From the human T2T-CHM13v2.0 reference genome, Homo sapiens: a stretch of DNA of 64,000 bases. The translations under genes were made by a program, and so were the position numbers. The stretch is from the NCBI RefSeq assembly GCF_009914755.1, contig NC_060946.1. One strand, written 5' to 3'. How positions within the stretch are numbered: the first letter of the stretch is position 1; the number at the start of each line of letters is the position of its first letter. The notes under the pieces were generated by a model. The model had not been told where the DNA came from. It did not search any database and saw only the letters and a program-made list of their open reading frames with translations. Below are positions 51,071 to 64,000 of the stretch, piece after piece.

Positions 51071-52409
51071 AAATTGATTTAGGTTGGTAAAAAATAACTG
51101 GGCCAGCCAATGATGGATACATGGTCCAGCCTCTGTTAGCCACTTTGTAGACTCCACAGAGGTTTTGAAATAATTGCCTTGGACATAGAACTGCATTCAT
51201 AGTCTGAATTATTACAGTAGCAAACCCTGGTTCATAGGCAGTGCACTATATATGTTCCATGCACTATTTTAATTCTCTCATTGACCTCAAAGAATAGGCA
51301 TTATTACTCCCATTTTACAGGTAAATGGCTGAGGTTCAGAGAGGGTAATAATCTTGCTCGAGGTCACACAGCTAGCAAGGAGGCATGGTTGCAACCCTAT
51401 CCAGCTGATTCAAGATTTAGCTTGAATCCTGTTTGACTAAGCCTTTAAGCTGGCTTCCACGGGGTGGAGAGTCTAAGCTGCAGCTAAAGTCTCGCTGGAA
51501 GGAAATTGTCTGCATTCCTTCATCATAAGCCTGCAATGGCTGCTGCTCTTCTCTGTTCTGGTAGAGGCTCTGTATGGCATAATGTGGCCCCATTTTACAA
51601 GGGAGGTCACTGAGGCTCTGTGCCTGAGATTACTCAGCTAGAAAATGGCCCCTAGGTTGTCGGTGAAGGCCAGATGCGTTCTGCAGCCTTGAGTGCATCT
51701 GCACTCAGAACTCAGGCTGCAGCAAGAGGAGCAGCCTCTCATGGGCCTGGGCCTTAGAGAACTGCCGAGTTAATTGCCAGAATCAATTTGCGCTAATCCC
51801 CCGCAACTCCAAGCCTGCTGAGACCTGTTTCTATGGCCTGCAAGCCTCAAATTGACCGCAGGTAATGGAAGTCATTTGTAAAGAGACATTTATTGTTATC
51901 ATCTTCAGCTGTGATCCAAGCCATGCCTACTCTTCAAACAAGCAGTATCGAAAGGGTCTTTGAGAAGGGAAGCAGAGGAGAAAACTCACCCATTCCACCT
52001 GATCATTCTAGAAATGAAAAGGAAATGAAAATGGAAAGGGAGGTGCTCTGGCCCACCCTTGGCAAAGCAGCTGCTGAAAGCATTGTTTAAATTTAAGGTC
52101 TGAGAGTGGAAATGGGAGTATGCTGATTCATTCATGTTCTCTTGTCTAAATCTATCCTCCTATGGAACGCACTTGCCCATCATTCCTCCTGCACCTATTG
52201 ATCACCTGTTGTGTACCTGGAATGGTGCTAGGTACTGAGGTAACAGGTGAAAAAGACACAGTAGCTCCCTGTGGAGAGTTCACAGCCTAGAGTGAGAGGC
52301 AGGTAGAGCTACCATGCATTCAGAAAGGGATTCACTCCACCATTTATTCATGCATAAAATGTTTAGTGAGTAGCTCCTCAGTACCCCTAAACTCTGCAGG
52401 GACTGAAGA

Positions 52410-52780
52410 TGTTGCGGGTCAGGTTCTCAGGGAAGCAGACCCAGAGACAGTTAAGGAGCAATGGAGAGAACCTTTAGGAGGAACACCTGTAGAAAGAATG
52501 GGGAAGAATGCAGAACTGGGCAGAGAGACATGAGGAATCGTGATACAGATCAGGGCCAGTCTTGGCCATCTGCATGGGAGGCCGGGGCCTAGGATGGCCC
52601 TTCAGCATTGTCCTAAATTTGGCCAACAAGATCAGGCTTTCTACCCCACATCACCCAGGAAGGCCAGGCCCTGGGGCGAGGCAGCTCTCTGCAGCTGAGC
52701 CTTCCCTGGCAGCAGAGGGCCATCTGCCAATAGTGCTTGAAGAGGGATCTGGGCTGTGCATCCCCATGTCCATCACAGGA
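52410..52780 (-). mobile_element. LTR16-like ERVL LTR
   Basis: GGGTCAGGTTCTCAGGGAAGCAGAC...GGGCGAGGCAGCTCTCTGCAGCTGAG. Confidence 0.6.
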
Positions 52781-53809
52781 GAGAGGACGATGAACACGAA
52801 AAGCACCATCCCATCCCCCCGAAAGAGCTTTCCTCTGTCTGAAAAAACAGGTGTTCTGTGGAGCAACATGGAGTAACTAGGAAGGTGAAAAGTCATTCAT
52901 TCATTGATCTATTCAATATTGATTAAAGAACTGCTGTGTGCCAAGTTCCGCTAGCTGCTCAAAATGACAGCCAAGACAAGAGAGACACAATCCCTGCTTT
53001 CATTGGTTTTGATATGGAGGTGACAAGAGCTGCAAAGGAGAAGAAAAGCATGGTTTATAATGAAAGCAGCTTTAACCGTGTACAAGGTAGGAAAACATTT
53101 CTATGAGAGGCCTTAATTCTGGAGCAAGGGGTGTTGAGGAAAGACTTCCTGGAGGAAGTGACATTTGAGCTAAGTTTTGAAGGCTGAGTAGGTAGTTCAT
53201 AGGTAGGTGGAAGTGGCAGAAGAAACATTCAAATGGAAGGAAATAGACTGTGCAGAGCTGTAGAAATGCAAAATCATACACCCCAACTGGATGAAAAGAT
53301 GAAGCTGGACCCTCAACTGAATTTTGGAAGCCTACTTTCTCCCAGTAATTGGGGGAGGTTAAATAGGGGTTGTGATCCAGCAACTAAGACAACCCAGTCC
53401 ATACTTTGAGGAGGTTATGCCAGAAAGCTTGAGTTGGTGCTTTGATAATTCGGGGGCGGGGGGGCGGGTACAATGTCTCTTTGATAGCTGCTGCTTTTTC
53501 AGCCAGGGAACAGTTATAGTGGCCTCAGTTGGTGTGACAGTGACTGCATGAGCCTATTTGATGCAGAACCTTTCACAGATGCTCTTGGCAGCTCCTGGGA
53601 GAAGGTGAGTCACAAGTAGCCTGAGTTTCTGTCTCAGCCATGCACCACTAACTCCATTTACAAAGCTCAGTAGACAATGACAACATCACTCTCCTTTCAG
53701 GGCAAAGAGCCCATGCAGCCTGCTTCCTTTGGACTAAAGAAATCTGGATTTTTCGGCTGTCATCAATTTCTACCAGTGTCTCTTTAAGACGGTCTCTTGG
53801 CAATAATAT

Positions 53810-54065
53810 TAAGAATAGCTAATGTTTATAGAGGACAGACTACATGCCAGGTACATTGTTAAGTGATTACCCACATCATTTTGAATAATCCTCACAAGCC
53901 CTGTGTAGGGACACTATTATTATCTCCATGTTGCAGGTGAGGAAGAGAAACCACTTACAGAGAGGTTGAGTCCTTTATACAAGGTCACAGTCAGTAATTG
54001 CCTAACCAAGACTCGAAATCTGTTTAATACCAAGCCCAAGGCCAAGTTCATAAGCACCATGCAAC
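53810..54065 (-). mobile_element. MIR
   Basis: AATAGCTAATGTTTA...AATCCTCACA...CAAGGTCACA. Confidence 0.85.
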
Positions 54066-54219
54066 GTGCCTCCCTACACTGCCTTCATCTCCTCCTTCCC
54101 TTGATCCCTGTATCAACATTTGAAAACCTGGCTTCTCGCAGGGCTCAGACCATTTCTCCAGTATTAAGCTAACTGGCGATGGCTTTTCTTATTAAAATAA
54201 CTTCCTTCAATTATCAAGT

Positions 54220-54680
54220 GCCTACACATTATAGAAATATGGTTGCATAAAGTTGAATGAAGAAAATTATTAACAGTTCCATGACTGCAACACAACAGTG
54301 GTTAATATTTTGATACATTTCCTTCCAGTTTTGTTCTGAATGATATTTGCTGTTGCTGATTTGTCTTTCTGTAGTTGATATTAAATACACATTCACTCAA
54401 CTTTATTATAAGCATTGCCCAGTTTGGCATATGTATTTTGTAATCATCATTTTTTAATGGTTATGTAATATTCTGTTGAGTGGAATGAGGCAAAATTTAT
54501 TGGCTGTAGTTTTGCACAGTTAGGTTGTTTTCAATTTTTCACCTGTTACAAGTAACAGCAGCTAACACGATTCTATCCATAAAGTTTTTATTTCACATTT
54601 AGGATTATTTCATGAAGAAAGGATCTGGAAAGTACTGTTATTGCAACAAAAGTCATAAACAATTTACGAATCTTAGTATC
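54220..54680 (-). mobile_element. Diverged L1ME fragment
   Basis: TTTTTAATGGTTATGTAATATTCTGTTG; TTAGGTTGTTTTCAATTTTT. Confidence 0.55.
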
Positions 54681-55556
54681 TCACTGCCCTCACCACTTTC
54701 TGTGAGTGTTTGTATTCGTACACGAGGCCTCTGGCAATGAATGAAAACAGTGTTATTTCCCCCCTTATTTTATTTTTTTTACACAAATAAAGCACGTTCA
54801 TGACAGAACGGCAGTGCAAGTTCTTAATAAACCTGAATAGACATTTCTTCCCCAAGATCATGCGATCCATCTTTCTTTGAGATACTGACAATTTAGTCTG
54901 TTCCATTCTTACGGGGGTCTTACTTACGGGGTTCTTACTTTCATCATGAAGGAAGGTTACTATAGCAGCACAGAAAACTGAAAGTGATCATTGATTCTCA
55001 CGAGCTCAGCATTGTGATACAAGAATAGGACACTTAGGGCACCCACCTTAACAGAAACAGGCTTTAGAATTTTTCAACGAGAGCCTCCTGTCAGTTGGTC
55101 CCATTAGAAGGTTTCACTAGCTTGCAAAATTACCTGTGTAACTGCAGTAAACATATGGAGACATTCCAGCCCTCCTGGGCATCAGGTCTGCCTGCATATT
55201 GTGAAGTCCATGCTAGCTGACCTCCAGCATTGGGGGGGGCTCATTCCTGAGCTCCTTGTCCCAACCCTTGTCTCCTTTCTTGCTTCCAATTTTGGCTCAT
55301 GACTACGTCCCAGTTTACAACCTTATCCATCTCAGATCAAAACCTGGCACAGTTGCCCCATTGAAGACCTGGCTTCTGATTCCTCACTTGTGAGGTCTCC
55401 TTACTCACTATCAGCTGCTGCACTAACTCCTGCCCCTACTGCCACCCCTGGGTGCCAATCCACCATCACGTCTCACCAGGACTAAGGCAATAACCTTCTT
55501 CTTAGTCTCTTCCCTTTTGCTTTTGCTTTCTACAGTCTATTCTGCAAAAGAGTGAC

Positions 55557-55876
55557 TTCTTTTCTTTTTTTTTTTTTTTTGAGACGGAGTCTCGCTCTGT
55601 CGCCCAGGCTGTAGTGCAGTGGTGCTATCTTGGCTCACTGCAAACTCCGCCTCCCGGGTTCAGGCCATTCTCCTGCCTCAGCCTCCTGAGTAGCTGGGAC
55701 TACAGGCACCTACCACCATGCCCGGCTAATTTTTTTTTTTTTTTTTTTTTGTATTTTTAGTAGAGGCCAGGTTTCACTGTGTTAGCCAGGATGGTCTCGA
55801 TCTCCTGACCTCATGATCTGCCCACCTCGGCCTCCCAAAGTGCTAGGATTACAGGCATGAGCCACCATGCCCAGCC
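55557..55876 (-). mobile_element. AluY with expanded central A-linker
   Basis: Y diagnostics GCCATTCTCC and GTGTTAGCCAGGATGGTCTCGATCTCCTGACCTC; T21 at 55730-55750; flanking AGAGTGA repeat. Confidence 0.95.
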
Positions 55877-56324
55877 GAGAGTGATCTTTTCAATGAAGCT
55901 GGAATCAGCTCTTTAAAATATGAATCTGGTCAGGAGGAATCTGGGTATAACCTTCCAATGATTTCCCATTGAACTTGAGATACAGACAGATACTCTACTC
56001 TCCTCTGCCTCTTCAAACTCACCTCCCACTACAATATCGCCATTTTATTTCTCAGCCTGCCCTATCCACAGACATCCTGCCTCCCACCTTAGGCCTTTCT
56101 CACACCATTCTCTCTGCTTGGAATGCCCTTCCCTCCTTCCTTCTTTGTCTTCTTGACTCCTCCAACTCCTCCTCCCAGTCTTGGCTTAAGTGTCAACCCC
56201 TCAGGGAAGCTTTTCTTGGCTTTCCTCAAACAGGATCTGGGCATCATCTGCCTCATTGCACCTTGGTCACAGCTCTGTGCTTTTCCCAGATAGCATTTGT
56301 TAAAGTTTAAAAGCATGCACTTGG

Positions 56325-57312
<988 letters not shown>

Positions 57313-57324
57313 CTGGATGATTTT

Positions 57325-57497
57325 TTTACAGCCTATCTCTCTACCCATGACTTTAAGATTCACGAGGGCAGGGAGGCTGTCTGTTCTGCTCATAAATGTG
57401 TGGCAAACACTTCGCACAGTGCCTGGCACATAAAGGTGCTCAATAAATATTTTTCAAAAATTCATTATTGAATGAATTAATGAGTGAATGAATGAAA
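57325..57497 (+). mobile_element. L2 3' end
   Basis: ACAGTGCCTGGCACATAAAGGTGCTCAATAAATAT...GAATGAATGAA. Confidence 0.88.
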
Positions 57498-58444
57498 CAA
57501 TGGTTGTTTGGAGACTCTTCCGGCTGGGCTGCCTCCCTGTCCAATACCTTTCTTGGCTTCTGTTCCTAATAAGGCTCCTAATGATTCGAACCCAAGTAGC
57601 CTGCTTTAAGCAAATATTAGTAGCAAGAATGTTGCCACAAGAGTTACGTTTTTACTTCCACTCCTCACCACAGCTTTTCCCTAATGGTTAAAAAAGTATT
57701 TTATGGGAAGCTGCAGTGTTTGCTGGTTTTTGTTGTTTTTTTTTCCTGTAACGAATAACATTTTGGTTCACTGCAAAGCTGGAGCATCTCCAGCAACTGT
57801 GCCAAGAATAAAACCTTGAGAGAATAAGAGAGGGGAAAAAAATCAGCTTGGTCAGGCAAAAATAAGCCATGGAATCCCTGAGAAGTTGCCTGAAGCCAGA
57901 GTTCTTGCAGAGGAGGCAGGGCCGGGAAGCTGTTGGAGGGGAAGCCAGTGCGATGTTTAATTTGTGTGCTCAGAATGGAGGCTGGGGTGAGTCTTGACTG
58001 TAATAACAAGCATTATTATGAGACGTGCAGTGCCCCCCGGCCAGACATCAGCTCCGTGATGCTGAGAGTAGGGGGATGAGGTGGATATGCATCATGACAG
58101 TGCTTTTGAAATGGAAATATCCACGCATTAGGCTGAAGGCAGAACCACTCAGAGGGAGAAAAGTGCTGCACCTGGGTCAAGAGAGTCTGCACCACAGGGA
58201 ATGGCATAGGGCAGTCCTGTCCTTGGTGAGCAGAGATTTCTGAGAATGCTCATATGTGGCAGCAGAGGCTGCCCGTAAGGAATGCAGCGAAAGACAGGCT
58301 CTGGGTATCTGGAGGATGCAGCCCCATCCTTATCCTCACCTCCAGCTCCTCAGGTGGGCGCCCGGAGCAAGCCTGTTTGTCCCATCACCTGAAATGGTCT
58401 CTCTCCTTTAGACTTTCTGATTCCCTAAAGCCACCAACAAAGGG

Positions 58445-59000
58445 GTGACTCTGCCAGATGCTCCAAGGGCAGAGACCATATCTGTCTTGTTCACCACAGT
58501 ATCCCTAGCACCTAGGACTAGCCTGGCGTGAAATAGGCTCCCAATAAATATATAATAAATGGATGCATGGATGGATGGATGGATGGATGGATGGATGGAC
58601 AGATGGACTGACTGTCTTACACATAGTAGATGCTCAATGAGCATTTGTCAAATGAATTGACATATCCCTGTGTAATTTATGGTAACCTCGATGTCTGCCA
58701 TAGAACCATGGGTAAGAGTCAGAGATTTGATGAATGAATGAATAACTTTGTTGGATACCTGGTAAGTACTGAATGAACGTTTGTTGGGTGAATGAATGTA
58801 TCCCTGTGTAATTCCTCATGGTAGCCTTGGTTTCTAATATAGAACCACAGAGAAGTAGTCAGAAAGGTGATGACTGAGTAAGTGAATGGATGAATGAATG
58901 AGTCTCTTTCATATTTATTAATACTACTGTATCTTTAGTACCTATTCCAGGGCCTGGCAAAGAATAGGTGCTCAATAAATGTTCAGCAATGAATTGATTA
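58445..59000 (+). mobile_element. Cluster of L2 3' tails with (GGAT)n and a diverged ~136-bp duplication
   Basis: Several GCTCAATAAAT/TGAATGAATG tails; TATCCCTGTGTAATT at 58663 and 58799. Confidence 0.75.
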
Positions 59001-59171
59001 TATTAAGAGTACAGCAGTGTGTGCAAGTTACCAGCCAGAAGTGCAGCCTTCACCATAGAAGTGTGTGTTCAGTATCTTTTTAACTTCCTAATTTGAGTAT
59101 CAAAAGCCTGTAAAATAATTAATTATTAATGCTAAGTTCTGAGGTTAAGAGACTTTTGAAAACTTAACCGT

Positions 59172-59440
59172 GTTTTTTTTTTTAAATTATACTTTAAGTT
59201 CTGGGATAAATGTGCAGAACGTGCAGGTTTGTTACATAGGTGTACACGTGCCATGGTGGTTTGGTGCACCCATCAGCCTGTCATCTACATTAGGTATTTC
59301 TCCTAACGCTATCCTGCCCTTAGTCCCCCACACCTGACAGGCCCCGATGTGTGATGTTCCCCTCCCTGTGTCCCTGTGTTCTCATTGTTCAACTCCCACT
59401 TATGAGTGAGAACATGCGGTGTTTGGTTTTCTGTTCTTGT
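59172..59440 (-). mobile_element. L1PA (PA7/8-like) 3' end, about 270 bp
   Basis: TTATACTTTAAGTTCTGGGA...CTCATTGTTCAACTCCCACTTATGAGTGAGAACATGCGG; TSD AAACTT(A/T)ACC(G/A)TGTTTTT at 59160-59177 and 59442-59459. Confidence 0.95.
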
Positions 59441-59651
59441 GAAACTTTACCATGTTTTTGCTGTATCACTAGCCCAGGTATCTTTGAGGACAATCACCTC
59501 CACCTCAGAAAAGTTGATTAGTAGTTCTGAATCTCTCCCCTGTACCATCCTTCTCATGCTCATGTCATGGTCCTGGTAATGAAAATTCAACAACACAGGC
59601 ATTAGCATTATCCTTGTTCTCAGGTGATATGGGCTTCTTGCTAAGATGTGA

Positions 59652-59908
59652 TCTCACTCATAGGTGGGAATTGAACAATGAGAACACATGGACACAGGAA
59701 GGGGAACATCACACACCGGGGCCTGTTATGGGGTTGGGGGAGTGGGGAGGGATAGCATTAGGAGATATACCTAATGCTAAATGACGAGTTGATGGGTGCA
59801 GCACACCAATATGGCACATGTATACATAGGTAACAAACCTGCATGTTGTGCATACGTACCCTAAAACTTAAGGTATAATAAAAAAATAAGAAAAAAAATA
59901 AATAAAAC
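59652..59908 (+). mobile_element. L1PA (PA4/5-like) 3' end, about 255 bp
   Basis: TCTCACTCATAGGTGGGAATTGAACAATGAG...ACCCTAAAACTTAAGGTATAATA plus A-tail; no clear TSD. Confidence 0.95.
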
Positions 59909-60064
59909 AACAGCATGTTTGGCCAGGGAAAAGAAGAAGCCGTGGAGTTTGGGATTGCCCCCACCTTCTCCCTGCACATCCTTGATTCTTGCCATCACTG
60001 GCCGCAGAGCTAGCTCAGGCATTCACCCACCCAGAAGACTCTGAGGAAGTCCTTGCTCCCCTCT

Positions 60065-61125
60065 CCACACTCACACGCATACACTTGTGTGGGCTCCCAC
60101 ACTCATGCACACTCCCATGCTCACATTCATTCACTCACATGCACCCACACCCCCACACCCTCAAGCTTGCTCACAGACCCTCTCATACACACACTTGTAT
60201 AGGCTTCCATGCTCACATTCATCCACTCACATGCACCCACACCCTCACGCTTGCTCACAGACTGTCATACACACATGCACCCACAAATTTGCACACACCA
60301 CATTCACACTCATTCACATGCACACTCATCAGCTCACTCATACACCCTCAATCCTTACAACACAATCTCACACTCACTTATAGATTCCCACTTACTCCAA
60401 CACACACCTCACCACAGGCACATCCATTCACACGTGCATATAGTCTCATACATTCACACTTACACACTCACTCATGGCCTCACACTTATACAGAAACACT
60501 AGCACACATTGACAGTCTCACTCATACAGACCCGTGTACATTAACACACACTCTACCACAAACAGGCACAGACTCAGATGCACACACTCATGCACACACA
60601 GAGGCACATTCTCTCTCACATTACACTCAGACACACACCAGATACTCATTTTCACTCCCTCATTCATATATATTTCCGTGCTCACATTTATTGTCCTTCA
60701 CACACTCACTCACTTCCCCACATGCACCTGTATCTTTACACACTCACACTTGCTCACAGACTCACAGCTACTCTCACACGTATGCACATTTGCATAATTA
60801 TATACTCTCACACACAACACCACACTTGCTCACAGACTCAGACCTGCTGTCACATATATGCCCAATCAAATAATCATTTACTGTCATACACACTCTCACA
60901 CTGATAAACTCACACATTTGCACACTCATAACTCATAGCATATTCACGCTAATGCACATTCACACATATTCATTCAGACTCATACACACCCGCACATACT
61001 CACTCCCACACTTATTCATATGTGCACATGCAGAGGCACACTCTCACAATAACATTCAAACATGTATTCACACACTCACCTGCCACTCAAATGCACACAC
61101 ACAGACATTCACACATACACCCTTA
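60065..61125. repeat. About 1.05-kb degenerate (CA/CACT/CATG)-rich low-complexity tract
   Basis: Direct reading; produces the spurious His/Thr-rich ORFs. Confidence 0.92.
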
Positions 61126-61497
61126 ACTAACCACCTGTTACTGACGTCCTCACCTGCTGCATGGCTGGCAAATAATGCGTTAGACAAGGGTCAGGCAGTC
61201 TAGTTTCTGGTACTGCCTTCCTTCCCTCATTCCAGAAACTCTTCTTGAGTTCCTAGTCTGTGCTGGACACTGTGCATTAGCTAGCTGCACCTGTGACCTT
61301 GAGCCAGTCATTAATCTCACTGTGTCCATTTTTTCTTCCATAAATTGGTGGCTAATTTCTAGGTCAAGACACATTTATGGAGCTCCCCCTACAGGCCATG
61401 TCCTTTGCGAGTTCCTGGGGATACTCAAGTGTAAGATGCAGCCTGTCCTCAAGGAGTTTGCAGTTGGACATGAGAACTACGTGGCCACATATGTAAC

Positions 61498-61958
61498 GGT
61501 TATGGATAGAATTGTGTCCCTCCAAAATTTACATGCTGAAGTATTAACTGCCAGTATCTTGGAATAGGATCTTATTTGGAAATAGGGTCATTACAAGTGT
61601 AATTAGTTTAGCCAACATGAAGTCATTAGGATGAGCCCTTATCCAATATGTCTAGTGTCCTTATAAAAGGGCTATTTGGGCACAGACACATACACAGGGA
61701 GAATGTCATCTGAAGATGAAGGCAGAGATCAGGAGATGCTTCTACAAACCACAGGACACCAAAGACTGCCAGCAAACCACAAGAAGCTAGGAGAGAAGCC
61801 TGGAATGGACTCTCCTTCACAGTCCCCAGAGGGAATCAATGCTGCTCACACCTTGATCTCAGACTTCCAGCCTCCAGAACCTTGGAACAATAAATTTCTG
61901 TTGTTTAAGCCACCTAGTCCATGGTACTTCATCATGGCAGCCCAAGCAAAGTCATACA
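61498..61958 (+). mobile_element. MLT1B/C MaLR LTR
   Basis: GAATTGTGTCCCTCCAAAATT...TTATTTGGAAATAGGGTC...GACTTCCAGCCTCCAGAAC...AATAAATTTCTGTTGTTTAAGCCACC. Confidence 0.9.
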
Positions 61959-63189
61959 TTAACCAAAGGCTATTCAACCAGAATTTTCTCATTCACTCAC
62001 CAGGCATTTCCTGAGATGGCTATATACTGGACCATGAGCTTCATGAGGGCAGACGCTGTCTCTGGTTGATTTTTCACTGGATCCCTAACTCAGAGTGCAG
62101 GGGTCAGAAATACTATAGGTGAATAGATGAATCAATAACAGAGAGGAGGAATGAAAAATTGGCACCAGGACTCTAGAAATAAGTCTGGTACAGCCTTCTC
62201 ACAGTGTGGTTGAGATGGAAGTGTGTTGATGGATGGGCAGAAATACCCTTGGGAAAGTAGGATCATAGCCAAAGATATATAAGCACTCCTGGAAATAAGT
62301 CAGACGAGATGCACAGCTTGTGTTTACATGGTTCTTTTCTGTATCAGGAATGGAATCATTTTGGTTTGTGGATTTTATAACATATTCCAAATTTATCCAT
62401 AGCAGCATAATATATTGATATTAAAAACTGTATTTATATTCAAGTCCTTGTACTCCCTCTTTTTGCCTATCTTTCTAGCGGCAGTGAGGGATGCCATCAG
62501 AACGCCATCAGGAAAGGGAGTCAAAAGAACAAAAAAAAAATCAAGAATCAAAGTATCAGCTTTGCATCCTTGGATAGATGTTTATGAATCTATAACAGAA
62601 GCCGTGGTATGGAAGCCCATGTATTTCAACCCTAATCCTAACAAGGGTAATGCTAATGCTAATGCCCTTGTTGTTGAAGTATCAAATGTTTGCACAGAAA
62701 AAAAATCTCCCCACCTTTTTTTAAAAGTCTGGAAGCTGGCTTCAGATATCAAGAACCTAGAGCATAAACCAGAAATTGGAAGAATGTATGAAGGCATAAT
62801 ATCCATTTTTCCATGCTGCAGAGCTGAAAGAATTAGCAAAGTGTCCCTCAGAAGGGTCCCAGGGCCCTGACTTTCAGGTTGAATAAGAGACAGTGGCCCT
62901 TGGAACCAACATAAGTTGAGGTACATCCTAGGCCCCTGGCTTTCCAAACCACAGGATTCATTGATAAGACTGACATTCACCATAACTCCTGGGTTAGAAG
63001 CCCATGGCCAAAGGAGTTGTCCACACCTCATGAAGCCACTCAGCGCTCCCTGGGCTGCAGTAAAGCTATCTCCTGATGAGGCTTTCAGCTGGAATAAGAA
63101 GAATGGCCTGTGAGCCCAACTGCAGATGTGGGTGTGCTTTATACCTTAGCAGGGTGACGGCTGTGTCCTGGGCTCTGGCAGGAGGTTAG

Positions 63190-63529
<340 letters not shown>

Positions 63530-63749
63530 GAAGCCTTCCTTGAACTCAGATGCCACCTAAGGATAAGGAAAAAGGGCAAGGAAAGAGAACGCAGAATTAA
63601 CCAGGTAATTGCCCAAGATGACTCAGTTGCCTTGATTCCACAAGATGAATATCTTCATTTGCAGGTAGAAAAAAAGGCTCATGGGGGATAAACTGAGTTT
63701 ATTATAAAGAAGAATAAAGTTTTCAGAAGTCTGTGGCCATTGTGAGCCC

Positions 63750-64000
63750 CGTAGCTCCCTATTACCTGTGATTTCTCTTTCTGCAGTTTCAGTTACCAGT
63801 GGTCAACTGCCATCCAAAAATATTAAGGTATTGAGAGAGAGAGAGAGAGAATACACATTCACATAACTTTTATTGCAGTATATTGTTATAATTGTTTTAT
63901 TTTATTATTAGTGATCATTGTTAATCTTTTATTGTACCTAATTTATCAATTCAACTTTATCACAGATGTGTATGTATAGAAAAAAAAAACATAGTGTACA
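63750..64000 (+). mobile_element. MER44 (Tigger7-derived) DNA transposon, running off the window end
   Basis: GTTTCAGTTACC...GGTCAAC...CACATTCACATAACTTTTATT...AACTTTATCA. Confidence 0.85.

Noticed and set aside
59989-60873. 294-aa His/Thr-rich ORF and overlapping ORFs
   Set aside because: Arises from a CA-rich low-complexity tract that seldom forms stop codons; non-ATG start, several frames open, no domain.
62415-63031. 151-aa and 149-aa overlapping antisense ORFs in unique DNA
   Set aside because: No recognisable homology or exon structure; lengths compatible with chance in 64 kb.

Overview
This is primate, very likely human, non-coding euchromatic DNA (intergenic or deep intronic). I could not identify the locus. 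I find no credible protein-coding exon, RNA gene, CpG island or CRISPR-like array. The supplied ORFs are chance frames, Alu/L1 remnants or low-complexity artefacts; the only protein-homologous ones are broken L1 ORF2 pieces at about 40.1-43.5 kb. The window is a mosaic of old repeats (very dense MIR and L2, L1M fragments, hAT/Tigger relics, MaLR/ERVL LTRs), 12 Alus, an ERV9/LTR12 solo LTR, a 3.8-kb 5'-truncated L1 and two head-to-head L1PA 3' ends, separated by repeat-free blocks that may be regulatory. The most notable structures seen directly are: (1) a near-perfect ~50-bp fold-back hairpin coupled to a 50-bp tandem duplication at 29.1 kb; (2) a 58-bp inverted copy of unique sequence from 47.3 kb inserted into an old L1 at 45.6 kb; (3) an LTR12 with 8 intact CCAAT boxes; (4) candidate non-coding exons next to (CA)n tracts. 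I cannot claim a new biological system from sequence alone. Repeat subfamily names come from memory of consensus sequences and need RepeatMasker/Dfam confirmation. Boundaries of old repeats are approximate.
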